A DNA stretch of 61,783 nt from an uncultured virus (IMG/VR IMGVR_UViG_3300033153_014157) (Duplodnaviria; Heunggongvirae; Uroviricota; Caudoviricetes), in IMG/VR virus record IMGVR_UViG_3300033153_014157. One strand, written 5' to 3'. Under the pieces are notes generated by a model. It was not told the DNA's origin. It searched no databases and was given only the letters and a program-made list of their open reading frames with translations. Below, in pieces: positions 21,200 to 30,391 of the stretch (positions within the stretch are counted from its first letter, which is position 1; the number at the start of each line of letters is the position of its first letter). Position numbers and translations under genes: made by a program.

Positions 21200-21224
21200 T
21201 GCATCTAAACTTATTTTATCTAAT

Positions 21225-22019
21225 TTAATGCGTTTCTAGTATCATGTTGCGAATACTATCTTTTAACCTGATCATGTCAGTCGTTTCGAATAGTTCTGGC
21301 AAGAACTTCTTAATGTTTTGAAACGAACTGATATTCCTTATTCGTTTATATTGTTGTTTTTCTTTAATTGTAAGTCCGTTTTTTCGAATATGGTTCATCT
21401 TGCCTACCCATATCGTATCGGTCACGAAATCCATCACGCTATTGACAACTGGTAATGGCGTGTCATCTAGAAATGGTTCAATAGAAATGCTGGTCTTGAA
21501 CCCTTTATAGTACGCGTGTTTTAGCGCGGAGATACGTTCACTAAATGTTGGCGCGCATTCTTCCCAAAATTGTAATAATTCGTCATTTATAGAAGTTATT
21601 GTAAAGCGAAACAAGATCTGGTTCTTGAATCCATTAAGCTCACGACATATTCTTTTTATAGCAATGAGTCGCGGTTTAGTTGTTATCAAGACGGTATTAC
21701 CACTCGATAGCATCTTCCTTAACACGTGTATGCAATTACTAATGACTTCTGGATCATCTGTAATGTCGTGAGATGATGGAAACATTATTCGACCATTTCT
21801 AAGTTTATACCTGCGATAAAGTGCCTTTTTATCGACTTCCATCGTTTTCCAATTTGTCAAGGTCTTCCGTTTGAAGCGTACAGCCATTAGCTTTGCATAG
21901 CAATATTTGCAATTATTTGAGCATCCTCTGTATATGTTTACATTACTAGATGCCCATTCTTTAGTTCCAGATGTAATAGAACTTTTTTTATGACTAAATA
22001 CTATGTCCATCATTATCAA
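21225..22019 (-). CDS. radical SAM protein (spore-photoproduct-lyase-like)
   Basis: NIYRGCSNNCKYCYA CxxxCxxC, ITTK, FTITS, SIEP. Confidence 0.88.
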   Translation of the reverse strand: MIMMDIVFSHKKSSITSGTKEWASSNVNIYRGCSNNCKYCYAKLMAVRFKRKTLTNWKTMEVDKKALYRRYKLRNGRIMFPSSHDITDDPEVISNCIHVLRKMLSSGNTVLITTKPRLIAIKRICRELNGFKNQILFRFTITSINDELLQFWEECAPTFSERISALKHAYYKGFKTSISIEPFLDDTPLPVVNSVMDFVTDTIWVGKMNHIRKNGLTIKEKQQYKRIRNISSFQNIKKFLPELFETTDMIRLKDSIRNMILETH

Positions 22020-22195
22020 ACACCTTTAGTTATGGGTCTTTCTTCTCTATATTCTATTGAATAATTGCTTAAAAAATGTACCATTAAATCAAATCGTTGA
22101 AATTCTAATTTAGCTCTAAATTTATAAATGATCTTTAAAGATCGTTAAGACAAAGGCGAGTCAATTAGCACGGTATTTATAGGGCGTTACAATAA

Positions 22196-22675
22196 ATGGG
22201 CGGAAAAAAGAACAAGCTTGTAAAATTGTTAGAGCAATACGAGAAGACATTCTGCATTCAAAATAGTGCAATATATAACGAAGACGGTTTAGTAGTATCA
22301 ATTGGGTTCAACAAGAAATATATTGATGAACACGTGCTCGGCGCATATTGCGTGAAATTGATGGATTCAATAAATGATGTAAAAAAAAACGTGTTTGAAT
22401 TACCGCACGGTGTCACCAAAGACGTGATTAAATTATTAGGTAACGGAGTAATTCCGAAGAGGAGTGCCACGCTGTCATACATTAGCATTAACATGGCATT
22501 TGAAGTATTAGATCTAGACACGCTACAAAATGTAATGCAGCCGACATTGATAATTTTGTTACCATTACGCGAGGGATTTGTTTGTTTCATAATAGATAAT
22601 GAAAGAAATTTTCTGTTAATTCCCACAGTTCTACCTAGAATGAGAAGGGAAATAGAAGAAATATTGTTCGCGTGA
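22196..22675 (+). CDS. Roadblock/LC7- or profilin-like fold protein
   Basis: helix - IQNSAIYNEDGLVVS - IDEHVLGA - helix pattern of Roadblock/MglB/profilin-like domains. Confidence 0.6.
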   Translation: MGGKKNKLVKLLEQYEKTFCIQNSAIYNEDGLVVSIGFNKKYIDEHVLGAYCVKLMDSINDVKKNVFELPHGVTKDVIKLLGNGVIPKRSATLSYISINMAFEVLDLDTLQNVMQPTLIILLPLREGFVCFIIDNERNFLLIPTVLPRMRREIEEILFA

Positions 22676-22687
22676 TCTCATTTTTAT

Positions 22688-23989
22688 ATGGTTTTTACAA
22701 TGGAATTATGGTCACGTGACACGTTGTCGCGTTTCCAATGTAAAGGAGGATTAATGTTGCCAAAACCAATAACATCATTTTTGAATGGAAAATCAATAAA
22801 TGACAAAAAAGATGAGATAATGAAATCTCTTTCTACAGAATTAGAGAAATCTATATTCAAGAATCTTAATGTATTTGAACCTGATTACATGCCACCAGTT
22901 TTAAAATACCGAGATAAGTATGTAAATACGTTATTATCAATTATTGCAGAACAAACCATGTTCAAGCGCAACTTGAACATATTTGGGATCACGGGATGTG
23001 GAAAGACGCTTACAATAAAATACGTGTTTAAAGAAGTCGGAGAGATGTGGGACGAACTAAAGATAAAAGGTAGAACCTGTTACATTTCGTGTGTCAAGCG
23101 CGGTAACACGTCAAAGATATTATCAACAATAATATCAGCATTAGGAAAAAATTCCCCTGAACACGGATGGACGCGCGGGACTTACATGGATGTTCTTGAA
23201 TCGTCTGTGACGGAATTAGAATTAGACAGATTAGTTGTATGTTTAGACGAGGCAGACTTCTTGATCAAGAAAAACCTATACGATCTAATATTTAGCCTGT
23301 CCGATTCTCCAAAAATATCATTGATATTCATATCAAACATTCCGGATTGGAATTCATCACTTGACACGCGAATTAGAAGTCGGTTACAGCTGGAAGATAT
23401 GGAATTCGAACGATATTCAGATGACGAAGTAAGAGGAATAATGTTGCAACGAATTGAACTGGGACTGAAAGAAAACATATTAAATGGAGATATAATAGAC
23501 AGGATAATATCTAGGGCATATTATAATAGTGGTGATCTTAGAGAAGTAATGAAATTATTATACTTGATAATGAAGGAAGTAAATGACCGAAAGACGAGAA
23601 TTGTAACAGAAGGGACTGTTGAAGCGTGTTACAAGAAAATGAAACGCAGAGAAATTGAGAACATAATAGATTGTTTGTCACCACCATTATTACTGATGTT
23701 ACTCGTCATTTCAAAGATGGGAATCAATGGAGAGGAAAATATGATGACCGTAAAAAATATCAACAGGCGATGGAATCAAATGGTAGGTAGTAGTAAAAAA
23801 GAAGTGTATGACCCGATAAGCGAGCGGCAGACGCTAAACCACCTAAATGACTTAAAGCTATATGGTTTAATAAAAATAGAAAAACGTAGTTTTGGTCGTG
23901 GAAAGGGAATAAAAAACATCATAATTCCTAGATTTAATATCGAACCAGTATATAAATATCTTATAAGTAATTATTCTTCGAGAAAATAA
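22688..23989 (+). CDS. cdc6: Orc1/Cdc6 replication initiator
   Basis: F.PDY.P..L.YR, GITGCGKT, CLDEAD, RIRSRL, F.RY, GDLR, C-terminal wHTH with GRGKG wing; real start probably ATG 22754. Confidence 0.93.
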   Translation: MVFTMELWSRDTLSRFQCKGGLMLPKPITSFLNGKSINDKKDEIMKSLSTELEKSIFKNLNVFEPDYMPPVLKYRDKYVNTLLSIIAEQTMFKRNLNIFGITGCGKTLTIKYVFKEVGEMWDELKIKGRTCYISCVKRGNTSKILSTIISALGKNSPEHGWTRGTYMDVLESSVTELELDRLVVCLDEADFLIKKNLYDLIFSLSDSPKISLIFISNIPDWNSSLDTRIRSRLQLEDMEFERYSDDEVRGIMLQRIELGLKENILNGDIIDRIISRAYYNSGDLREVMKLLYLIMKEVNDRKTRIVTEGTVEACYKKMKRREIENIIDCLSPPLLLMLLVISKMGINGEENMMTVKNINRRWNQMVGSSKKEVYDPISERQTLNHLNDLKLYGLIKIEKRSFGRGKGIKNIIIPRFNIEPVYKYLISNYSSRK

Positions 23990-23992
23990 AAC

Positions 23993-24484
23993 GTGGGGAA
24001 GGAAAAAATGAAATCGGTATTGATAGATATTGACGGAGTCATAGCCGATAATGAACACAGGAAACTTTACTTATCGAATGGAAAATTGGACATGAAGCAT
24101 TTTCTAGACCCGAAGAAAATTAGAAATGACAAACTAATGTCAAAAGAAATCCCACAATTGTTGTGGTGGATAAAAAGTAAAGGGATAGAAGTAATACTAT
24201 TGTCTGCAAGATATCCAGAACAGAAAAGAGAAACTATAAATTGGTTAGAGCGACATCACGTTCCGTATGACAGGTTGATCATGCGTGACGAGAAACAATG
24301 TTACATGAAAGACCACTGTTTTAAAAGAGAAATCTTGATGGAATTATTATGCTCGCGCGACGTGATCTTGGCAATAGATGACATGAAAGAAAACAGGGAT
24401 GTCTTTTGCAAGCTAGGCATACCAATAGTGCTTTGTAAAGTAGAAACAAAAAAAATGGAAATGGCTATTGTCAAGTCTTGTTAG
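23993..24484 (+). CDS. HAD-family phosphatase (PNKP 3'-phosphatase-like)
   Basis: IDIDGVIAD, LSAR, T..WL, LIMR...D..FK, IDD. Confidence 0.88.
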   Translation: MGKEKMKSVLIDIDGVIADNEHRKLYLSNGKLDMKHFLDPKKIRNDKLMSKEIPQLLWWIKSKGIEVILLSARYPEQKRETINWLERHHVPYDRLIMRDEKQCYMKDHCFKREILMELLCSRDVILAIDDMKENRDVFCKLGIPIVLCKVETKKMEMAIVKSC

Positions 24485-24490
24485 TTTTTG

Positions 24491-25180
24491 CTATTTCTTT
24501 TTTTTAATCGTTACTATGCTTAAATAATCTTTTTTAGTGCCAGTGCTAAAAAATATATCAACGTCCTTGAATGTTTTTTTGGCATCAACGTTGTCCAGTA
24601 ACAGTTTCAGTTTTGGTAGCATTGAGATTATAGATTGTATTCTCTGTGCGCTCTCTGGAAATTTATCTATCATTTCTTGTTGTAAAAATGGATCTTCCAA
24701 CAATTCGGTAGTGCTCTTAGTGGATTTCATTTCATTTAGAAATGATTTTAGTGTCGATTCAGAAGCTTCAATGAACGTAGTTAAGTTTTCGGGGTTCGCT
24801 CTGAAATAATCATAAAGTTTTTCGAGAAAATCACGTCCGGTAAACCGCGTGCTTTTAGCCCCGTGTATGTAGTTTAGTTGTAAGTTTCCGATATTCTTCA
24901 CGCGCTCGACATTGACATTAACATATTCCTTGTTTTTATAAGATACTTGTACAGTGAAACCGATAGTCACGTCACCATTTGCACGAAACTTTGTTATTTT
25001 TTGATTATACCTGTCATTTATGTCTTTGAAAATCTCGATGATGCCCTCATCGACATCTGTCATCATTGTTTTAATCTCGTCAGCCAGCTCTTTCAGACCA
25101 ATCTTCGTGACGTGTTTCTTTAACACGAGAATCTTTTCTTCTTTAGGTATTTCGACCTTAGTGCTGTTAGTTGGTACCAA
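24491..25180 (-). CDS. hypothetical protein
   Basis: 229-aa ORF with GGTGA SD. Confidence 0.7.
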   Translation of the reverse strand: MVPTNSTKVEIPKEEKILVLKKHVTKIGLKELADEIKTMMTDVDEGIIEIFKDINDRYNQKITKFRANGDVTIGFTVQVSYKNKEYVNVNVERVKNIGNLQLNYIHGAKSTRFTGRDFLEKLYDYFRANPENLTTFIEASESTLKSFLNEMKSTKSTTELLEDPFLQQEMIDKFPESAQRIQSIISMLPKLKLLLDNVDAKKTFKDVDIFFSTGTKKDYLSIVTIKKKK

Positions 25181-25193
25181 ATCACATCACCAG

Positions 25194-25430
25194 TTATCTA
25201 GTAGTAGTGATAAAAAGTAATAAAGCAAATATCCCGACAAGTATTCCTGTCACAATAGAAGCTATTATCAAGGATTCTATTGTTATCACGAGAAACATGG
25301 CAATCGTCCACAATCCGATTGGATACATGAACAGTCCGTTCACGAGCACTACGGCATAAAATGCAATGATATACGTTACTACAAATATCGCGCTGATTGA
25401 CTCGAACAGAATTTCTAATCTTTCTAACAA
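25194..25430 (-). CDS. small two-TM membrane protein
   Basis: 78-aa hydrophobic ORF. Confidence 0.55.
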   Translation of the reverse strand: MLERLEILFESISAIFVVTYIIAFYAVVLVNGLFMYPIGLWTIAMFLVITIESLIIASIVTGILVGIFALLLFITTTR

Positions 25431-25618
25431 TTTTTACCCTCTATAATTTTTTTAGTTACATTTAATGGTTTTGACGAAAGCAGATATAGAAGCCCTACTA
25501 AAGGAAAATACGTGCAAGTCATTATTTTCGCACCTAAAGACAGGATTTTTCCCCTGCCTCCATTACGATTTTTTGATAAATGCGGTATTCCTGTTCTATT
25601 GCTCAATGATCTAGTCAT
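25424..25618 (-). CDS. small hypothetical protein
   Basis: AGGTGA SD and upstream TATA-like box. Confidence 0.5.
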   Translation of the reverse strand: MTRSLSNRTGIPHLSKNRNGGRGKILSLGAKIMTCTYFPLVGLLYLLSSKPLNVTKKIIEGKNC

Positions 25619-25688
25619 AAAATCACCTTGAATATATATGATTGTGACGTGATTAAAAAATTTTTGCTTGGACGCGCGATTAAAATTA

Positions 25689-26621
25689 CTACTCTAAAAT
25701 TATGACGAGTGATGACTTCCGTTCGTTTAGTAGTGCTTGTAATATTTTTCTGCTCATGTTAAACACGTTTTCCAAGCATTGCAATAAATTCTCTTTTTTT
25801 TGCCAGTTGGCAAGATAATCAACGCTTGTAGTTTCAATATCAATCTTGTTACAGACGACATAGACTGTCGATTCTGCTTCAAGTTCAACTTTTTCTCGAC
25901 TATAATTTGGATTTCGAATTCGAAGTCCAGTTTTTTTGTCACGAATGTAGTGTAGAACGTGGTGTACGTATTCATGTATTAATACTGTCAATTTTTCGGC
26001 ATCATTTAGATCGTCACTGATAACTATTCTTTTACCATCAGAAAATCCCTTCGTGAATCCGGTCATTTTGGTTTCGTTAACGGGTATTTTTTCAATATCT
26101 AAAAATTTTAGTAACCGCTCTAGGTATTCACCAACATCCTGCTCTTTAACTGTAAACTTGATTTTACTCGTTTCGTCTGGCGTTTCTATTTTTATTTCTG
26201 TTCCTGCGATTTGTTCAGTTTGCGAGATGTCAAATACAACCACGACGCGATAACCAATGAGCTTAGGTTCTTCTTCTCCTGTATGCTCATTGATCACTTT
26301 TTTTATTAATGGCGCGAGAATTCTAATTCCCTTTTCACCTTTTCTTACCTGCCTGTTCCATTTTTTTTGCCATTGTCTGTATCCTGCAACAACTGTTGCG
26401 TCAGGAAATTGTTCATGTATCAATATTGCGTTATAAAAACTATATCTGTAAAAACGAGAGAATGCTTCAAAAAATTTCTTAAAATCTATATCCTTTTTTC
26501 GTTCCTCGATTTCTTTTTTTAATGACCGTAGTGCTTGTTCTATTTCTCCCCTCTTGATTTCAAGCGGATTCACGCGGGTCGCTACTGTCGTAAATATTAG
26601 TTCTGATAACATTTCATTCAA
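25689..26621 (-). CDS. ArdC-like ssDNA-binding/antirestriction protein with zincin-like domain
   Basis: YSFYNAILI..Q.P.AT.VAGY.QW...RQVRKGEKGI.ILAP, VFDISQT, HEYVH, ELEAES. Confidence 0.88.
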   Translation of the reverse strand: MNEMLSELIFTTVATRVNPLEIKRGEIEQALRSLKKEIEERKKDIDFKKFFEAFSRFYRYSFYNAILIHEQFPDATVVAGYRQWQKKWNRQVRKGEKGIRILAPLIKKVINEHTGEEEPKLIGYRVVVVFDISQTEQIAGTEIKIETPDETSKIKFTVKEQDVGEYLERLLKFLDIEKIPVNETKMTGFTKGFSDGKRIVISDDLNDAEKLTVLIHEYVHHVLHYIRDKKTGLRIRNPNYSREKVELEAESTVYVVCNKIDIETTSVDYLANWQKKENLLQCLENVFNMSRKILQALLNERKSSLVIILE

Positions 26622-26987
26622 CCTAACATGATTTTTTATTCATTTTGATTTTAAATGGGCATTAACGAGATCCCCTAGGTCTTCTTTACTTACCTCACTA
26701 AGATGTGTGGGCAGGTCATCGGTATAAATCGAACCGAAGTAAATTCTTCTGGAATCTCCAAACCAGTTAATCGAATATTCGAATTTTTATTATTTTATAA
26801 CGATCCGTAACAAAACATTTAAATTTTATATGTGACATAATTATCACGATGAAGGATTGGTAAGATCGCTTGATTTTTATTCTCCCTTAAATTCTATCCT
26901 CCCTCTCCACAAGAATCTTGCCAATTCCTTCCTCTCAAAATATCGTTACTATTTTCGTTACTATTTTTTCGCAAATTAAAGTTGCCA

Positions 26988-27095
26988 AAAATAAATGAAA
27001 TATAAATCACGATAAACAAAAAATAAACAAGAAATAAACGAGAAATAAATGTAAATAAATAAAAAATAAACGAAAAATAATCTGAGAATAAACGG
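26988..27095 (+). repeat. degenerate ~11-bp tandem repeat (AAATAAAYR core)
   Basis: About nine successive ATAAA(C/T) units with 10-11 bp period in an intergenic region. Confidence 0.7.
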
Positions 27096-27135
27096 AAATT
27101 TTTTTATTAGTGCCGAGATTTAATGTTTCTGTTCA

Positions 27136-27687
27136 TTGGTGAACGCCATGTTAAATGATGAGCTTGAACTATTGCGTGCTAAAGCAATATTTGAAACAAC
27201 AAGAGTAGAATTAATAATCAAGAGGAAACTTAGACAGCTGATAGAGGAATTCGTATCTTTATTGATGCGTTACATTAATGAAAATCCAAAAAAGTCTTGG
27301 GTTCTAGAGAACATGCAAGAGAAGCCAACAGAACCATATAATGACATTGAATTGATAAAAATCATGAATGCGTGTGAGTCGTTTCTTGAAGGCATTAATG
27401 ATAAAGATAGCGGCACGCAATTTGGAATGTTATCCGAAATATATTCGCTAATAAACAATTATATTTACTTGCTTTATTTCATGGAAGATTCGGAAAATCC
27501 ATCTTTATGGATGTATTCTAAGACGAGCAAACCAGATGTAGAAGATTTCATAAAACATGGATGTGTTTATTCTTTTTTGGACAGATCTCCTGATAGACTA
27601 GAGCATAAATTAATAGAATTAAAAAAACAAATTGAAAAAATTAAGTGTCGGCAGGGGCAGGCTTCGAACCTGCGACCTTCGAGTTAA
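27136..27687 (+). CDS. hypothetical protein
   Basis: 183-aa ORF; likely ATG 27148 after GGTGA; its 3' end reads into the antisense tRNA fragment. Confidence 0.65.
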   Translation: MVNAMLNDELELLRAKAIFETTRVELIIKRKLRQLIEEFVSLLMRYINENPKKSWVLENMQEKPTEPYNDIELIKIMNACESFLEGINDKDSGTQFGMLSEIYSLINNYIYLLYFMEDSENPSLWMYSKTSKPDVEDFIKHGCVYSFLDRSPDRLEHKLIELKKQIEKIKCRQGQASNLRPSS

Positions 27688-27710
27688 CAGCCCGACACCA
27701 TACCTGACTA
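27649..27710 (-). tRNA. truncated/pseudo tRNA-Asn(GTT), lacks 5' acceptor strand
   Basis: Minus strand: anticodon arm TCGGG-CTGTTAA-CTCGA, variable AGGTC, T arm GCAGG-TTCGAAG-CCTGC, 3' acceptor CCCTGCC+G; no GGCAGGG 5' strand upstream. Confidence 0.75.
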
Positions 27711-27818
27711 TTAAAGTTACATGAGAAGTCGGTACAATTATTAAAAAAATTTAATAATATCTCATTTGAAGAGATTAGCAGGGGGGCGAAAACATAGAAG
27801 CATCGGTATAAGAAAGAA

Positions 27819-28532
27819 TTATTTTTGTGTAGATACTTTGCTTAAATAGTTGTCAATAGGATATAAGCTGACGTTGTCTAAGCAAATCACTATGTTTGCT
27901 GTCAATTTGTCGAAAAGAAATGTTTCGTCTGGATTTGTTCCTTCGAAAATAATGTAGGGCGGGCATATTAAGTACCGCTTTCGGCACTTATAATAATCTC
28001 TAAACAATTTTCTGGCGTTTATTATCGTTCCAAAAAATAAATATCCTTCATCAATGTCGTATTCACCGCGCGCCATTTCTAAGAAATCATCAACGTATTT
28101 TCGTATCAATAGACGCGTGAAAATCTTTCTTAGAGTGATTAAATCTTCCTCTTTACCGGGTCCGTCGCCAATAACTAAGTGAATGCTTCTCAGATCATCG
28201 ACTAGAAAAATGTCGCATGATGGAATTATATACTCGATATTTATATCGACATGTTCCTCAAATATTGATAAAAGTGTGTCGACCTGATTCTGATTAACGT
28301 CAATGTGAAACTCGTTCTCGAAATCTTTTAATTCTTCTTTAAATCGTTCTGAGATCAAATCCGCGTTCATGAAAAATAGGTCGTTTTCGTATTTTTCGTA
28401 TGCATCGAGTCCTCCTTCCACGATCTTTTTAACTTCTGGCAATGAAATTGTATTTATTTGCCCATAAAATAGATTAAACGTTTTACCACTAAGGAAGTCT
28501 TCCCATTTAGAAATGAGCTTGTCTTCATTCAT
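27819..28532 (-). CDS. hypothetical acidic protein
   Basis: 237-aa ORF. Confidence 0.7.
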   Translation of the reverse strand: MNEDKLISKWEDFLSGKTFNLFYGQINTISLPEVKKIVEGGLDAYEKYENDLFFMNADLISERFKEELKDFENEFHIDVNQNQVDTLLSIFEEHVDINIEYIIPSCDIFLVDDLRSIHLVIGDGPGKEEDLITLRKIFTRLLIRKYVDDFLEMARGEYDIDEGYLFFGTIINARKLFRDYYKCRKRYLICPPYIIFEGTNPDETFLFDKLTANIVICLDNVSLYPIDNYLSKVSTQK

Positions 28533-28546
28533 TTCTTATCTCAGTC

Positions 28547-28960
28547 CTAATAACGCTTGTTCTTGCCAATAACATTACATTTTCCCCAAAAACAATCTCC
28601 CCATGTATTTCCTTCTATAAGCATCGTGTCACCTGTTTGCATGAGCTTGTGTTTGAGATCTTTATTAATCAAGAATTTTTGTCGTACTAGATGTAACATT
28701 ATTATTTTCTCTTTTATGTCTTCCCAATCTGGACGCAAGATGATGCGCCTTCAAAGTGATCTTGCACGTGCTGGAGTTTTAGCCGAAGCAATCATCATTC
28801 GCACGCTTGGGTCCAAGCTTTTTGCCGCCTGAAATGCGTGTTCTACAGATCTATATATGATACCTTCAAATTCAATGAGGCAGGGATAAAAATTAGATAA
28901 AAATGCATGCTTTCCAGAGAATGACCAAATCTCATTTTCGTCGTTTTTCTCGTGATTCAC
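28547..28960 (-). pseudogene. NADAR (YbiA-like) gene with in-frame TGA and truncated C-terminus
   Basis: FLSNFY..SVEHAFQAAK / RPDW / KF...L..TG...LIE....D.FWG...GKN; both halves are in the same frame, separated by TGA at 28753-28751. Confidence 0.85.
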
Positions 28961-29015
28961 GACATCACCAAATAATTAATCATTGGACACATTTATTAAA
29001 AAGAATCCAGAATAA

Positions 29016-29738
29016 TTGATCATGCCATCGTTGTTAATTAATGAACACGAATTACGAGATTTTGCACGATCCGTTCTGCCAGAACTTGAGAAAGACGAGG
29101 TATTATTCTCATGCTTATTAGCTAGGAAGAAATACGGAGAAAACATACATGGAGCTCTACTAAATAGAAAAATATTCACGCACTCAGATGTCGAATATGT
29201 CGTGCGTGCGGTTGATAGATTAACGTGTTTTAACATGCCATACGTGGATCGTGTTAACAATGTTGAATATCCATCAAGCGCGCTTGTTGCATACATAAAC
29301 CTATCTCCAAAATCAATGCTTAAAGCAGGAATACGATTCAGTAATGAGTTTCTTAAGTTAGTAGAGCAGGCGTTACACGCTAACATGAATGATGACTTTT
29401 TAAATCGAGTAAGGGCATTAGAACGATTGTTCTTCATCTCGATTGATAAATCCAATTCAAGTAAAATTTATTTCTTAATAGATGTTGATGAAAAAGACGA
29501 AGCCTTGTTAGAGCGCGTGATAGAAGCGATAAATGGTGACCATGAATGGATAAGTGAAACGCGAGGGGGATATCACGTATTGTTAAAACGCGATAAAATG
29601 ACACGTGACAAGTACCATCAAATACAAGAATTAACAAAAAAATACGGGGACGCCATAGAATTGAAAAACGATCCCGTAACACCCATACCGGGCACGCTTC
29701 AGGGTGGATTCATAGTTAAAAGGATGAGAGCGGTTTAA
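29016..29738 (+). CDS. divergent AEP-superfamily protein
   Basis: LIDVD (DxD), ETRGGYH and D...P.PG motifs. Confidence 0.6.
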   Translation: MIMPSLLINEHELRDFARSVLPELEKDEVLFSCLLARKKYGENIHGALLNRKIFTHSDVEYVVRAVDRLTCFNMPYVDRVNNVEYPSSALVAYINLSPKSMLKAGIRFSNEFLKLVEQALHANMNDDFLNRVRALERLFFISIDKSNSSKIYFLIDVDEKDEALLERVIEAINGDHEWISETRGGYHVLLKRDKMTRDKYHQIQELTKKYGDAIELKNDPVTPIPGTLQGGFIVKRMRAV

Positions 29739-30333
29739 CATTTTTTAACTTTTGTAATACCCACGGATGTATGTGAGAGATTTCTTCATCAGACCATTTC
29801 GTGCCATATTGATTGTAGATTGTCAGTTTCTTCTTTCCCAAGTCTATATATTGTCGTATGGTATTCCACGTTCCTGCACGAAGCCTATTTAATACTATAA
29901 ATGCTATTATTTCGTCTGACAATTTTGCAATTTCAGCGTTACGTAAAAATAAGGATTGCTTGGTTCCCGTAGTTCCCTGTTGATAACACTTGGTCACGTC
30001 GAGCATGAATTGTTTTTCATTTACGTGAACTATTTCGTTTAAATGTTCAGATTTTCGAATATTTGGTGGCTCGATTTCTCGTTCAGGTGGACTAAACACG
30101 AAGGCTTTTACAGAATATTTATCAGGTAAAAAATAGACACATTGAATGGAATTCAGCATCGCGAATTTCATTGCGACAGAATCAGTTCCTTTAGCTCCAC
30201 CAGTAACTATAGTATCAACGCGCGGATCTATATTAGCGTCTAATATTTCATTAATCACTTTCTCAGGTATCCCTTTTCTATTACCGACCACGCCGATTAG
30301 TCTTCTTAATTTTCGATCCAAGTTCGTCACCAA
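29716..30333 (-). CDS. SLOG-superfamily (YspA/DprA-like) nucleotide-binding protein
   Basis: IGVVGNR, IVTGGAKGTD..A..FA, RN..IA..SD.IIAF, GT.NTI. Confidence 0.85.
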   Translation of the reverse strand: MVTNLDRKLRRLIGVVGNRKGIPEKVINEILDANIDPRVDTIVTGGAKGTDSVAMKFAMLNSIQCVYFLPDKYSVKAFVFSPPEREIEPPNIRKSEHLNEIVHVNEKQFMLDVTKCYQQGTTGTKQSLFLRNAEIAKLSDEIIAFIVLNRLRAGTWNTIRQYIDLGKKKLTIYNQYGTKWSDEEISHIHPWVLQKLKNVKPLSSF

Positions 30334-30391
30334 GTCACGATTTAATAGTTAAGTAAAAAAACTGTAGCTATTAGTAATTGTTGTGAGTTGA

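Noticed and set aside
20575..21204. Long antisense ORFs (also 16340-16987, 42258-42821, 59589-60290)
   Set aside because: Shadows of better-supported genes on the opposite strand.
21225..22019. NrdG activase
   Set aside because: Motif context resembles SPL-like radical SAM proteins, and the gene is far from nrdD.
26640..26840. Possible small frameshifted gene upstream of ardC, and an ORF fragment at ~34990-35115
   Set aside because: Short, no recognisable family, and no clear start without assuming errors.
28751..28753. Genome-wide TGA recoding
   Set aside because: TGA ends many intact genes at expected positions (herA, rad50, priL); only this gene shows an internal TGA.
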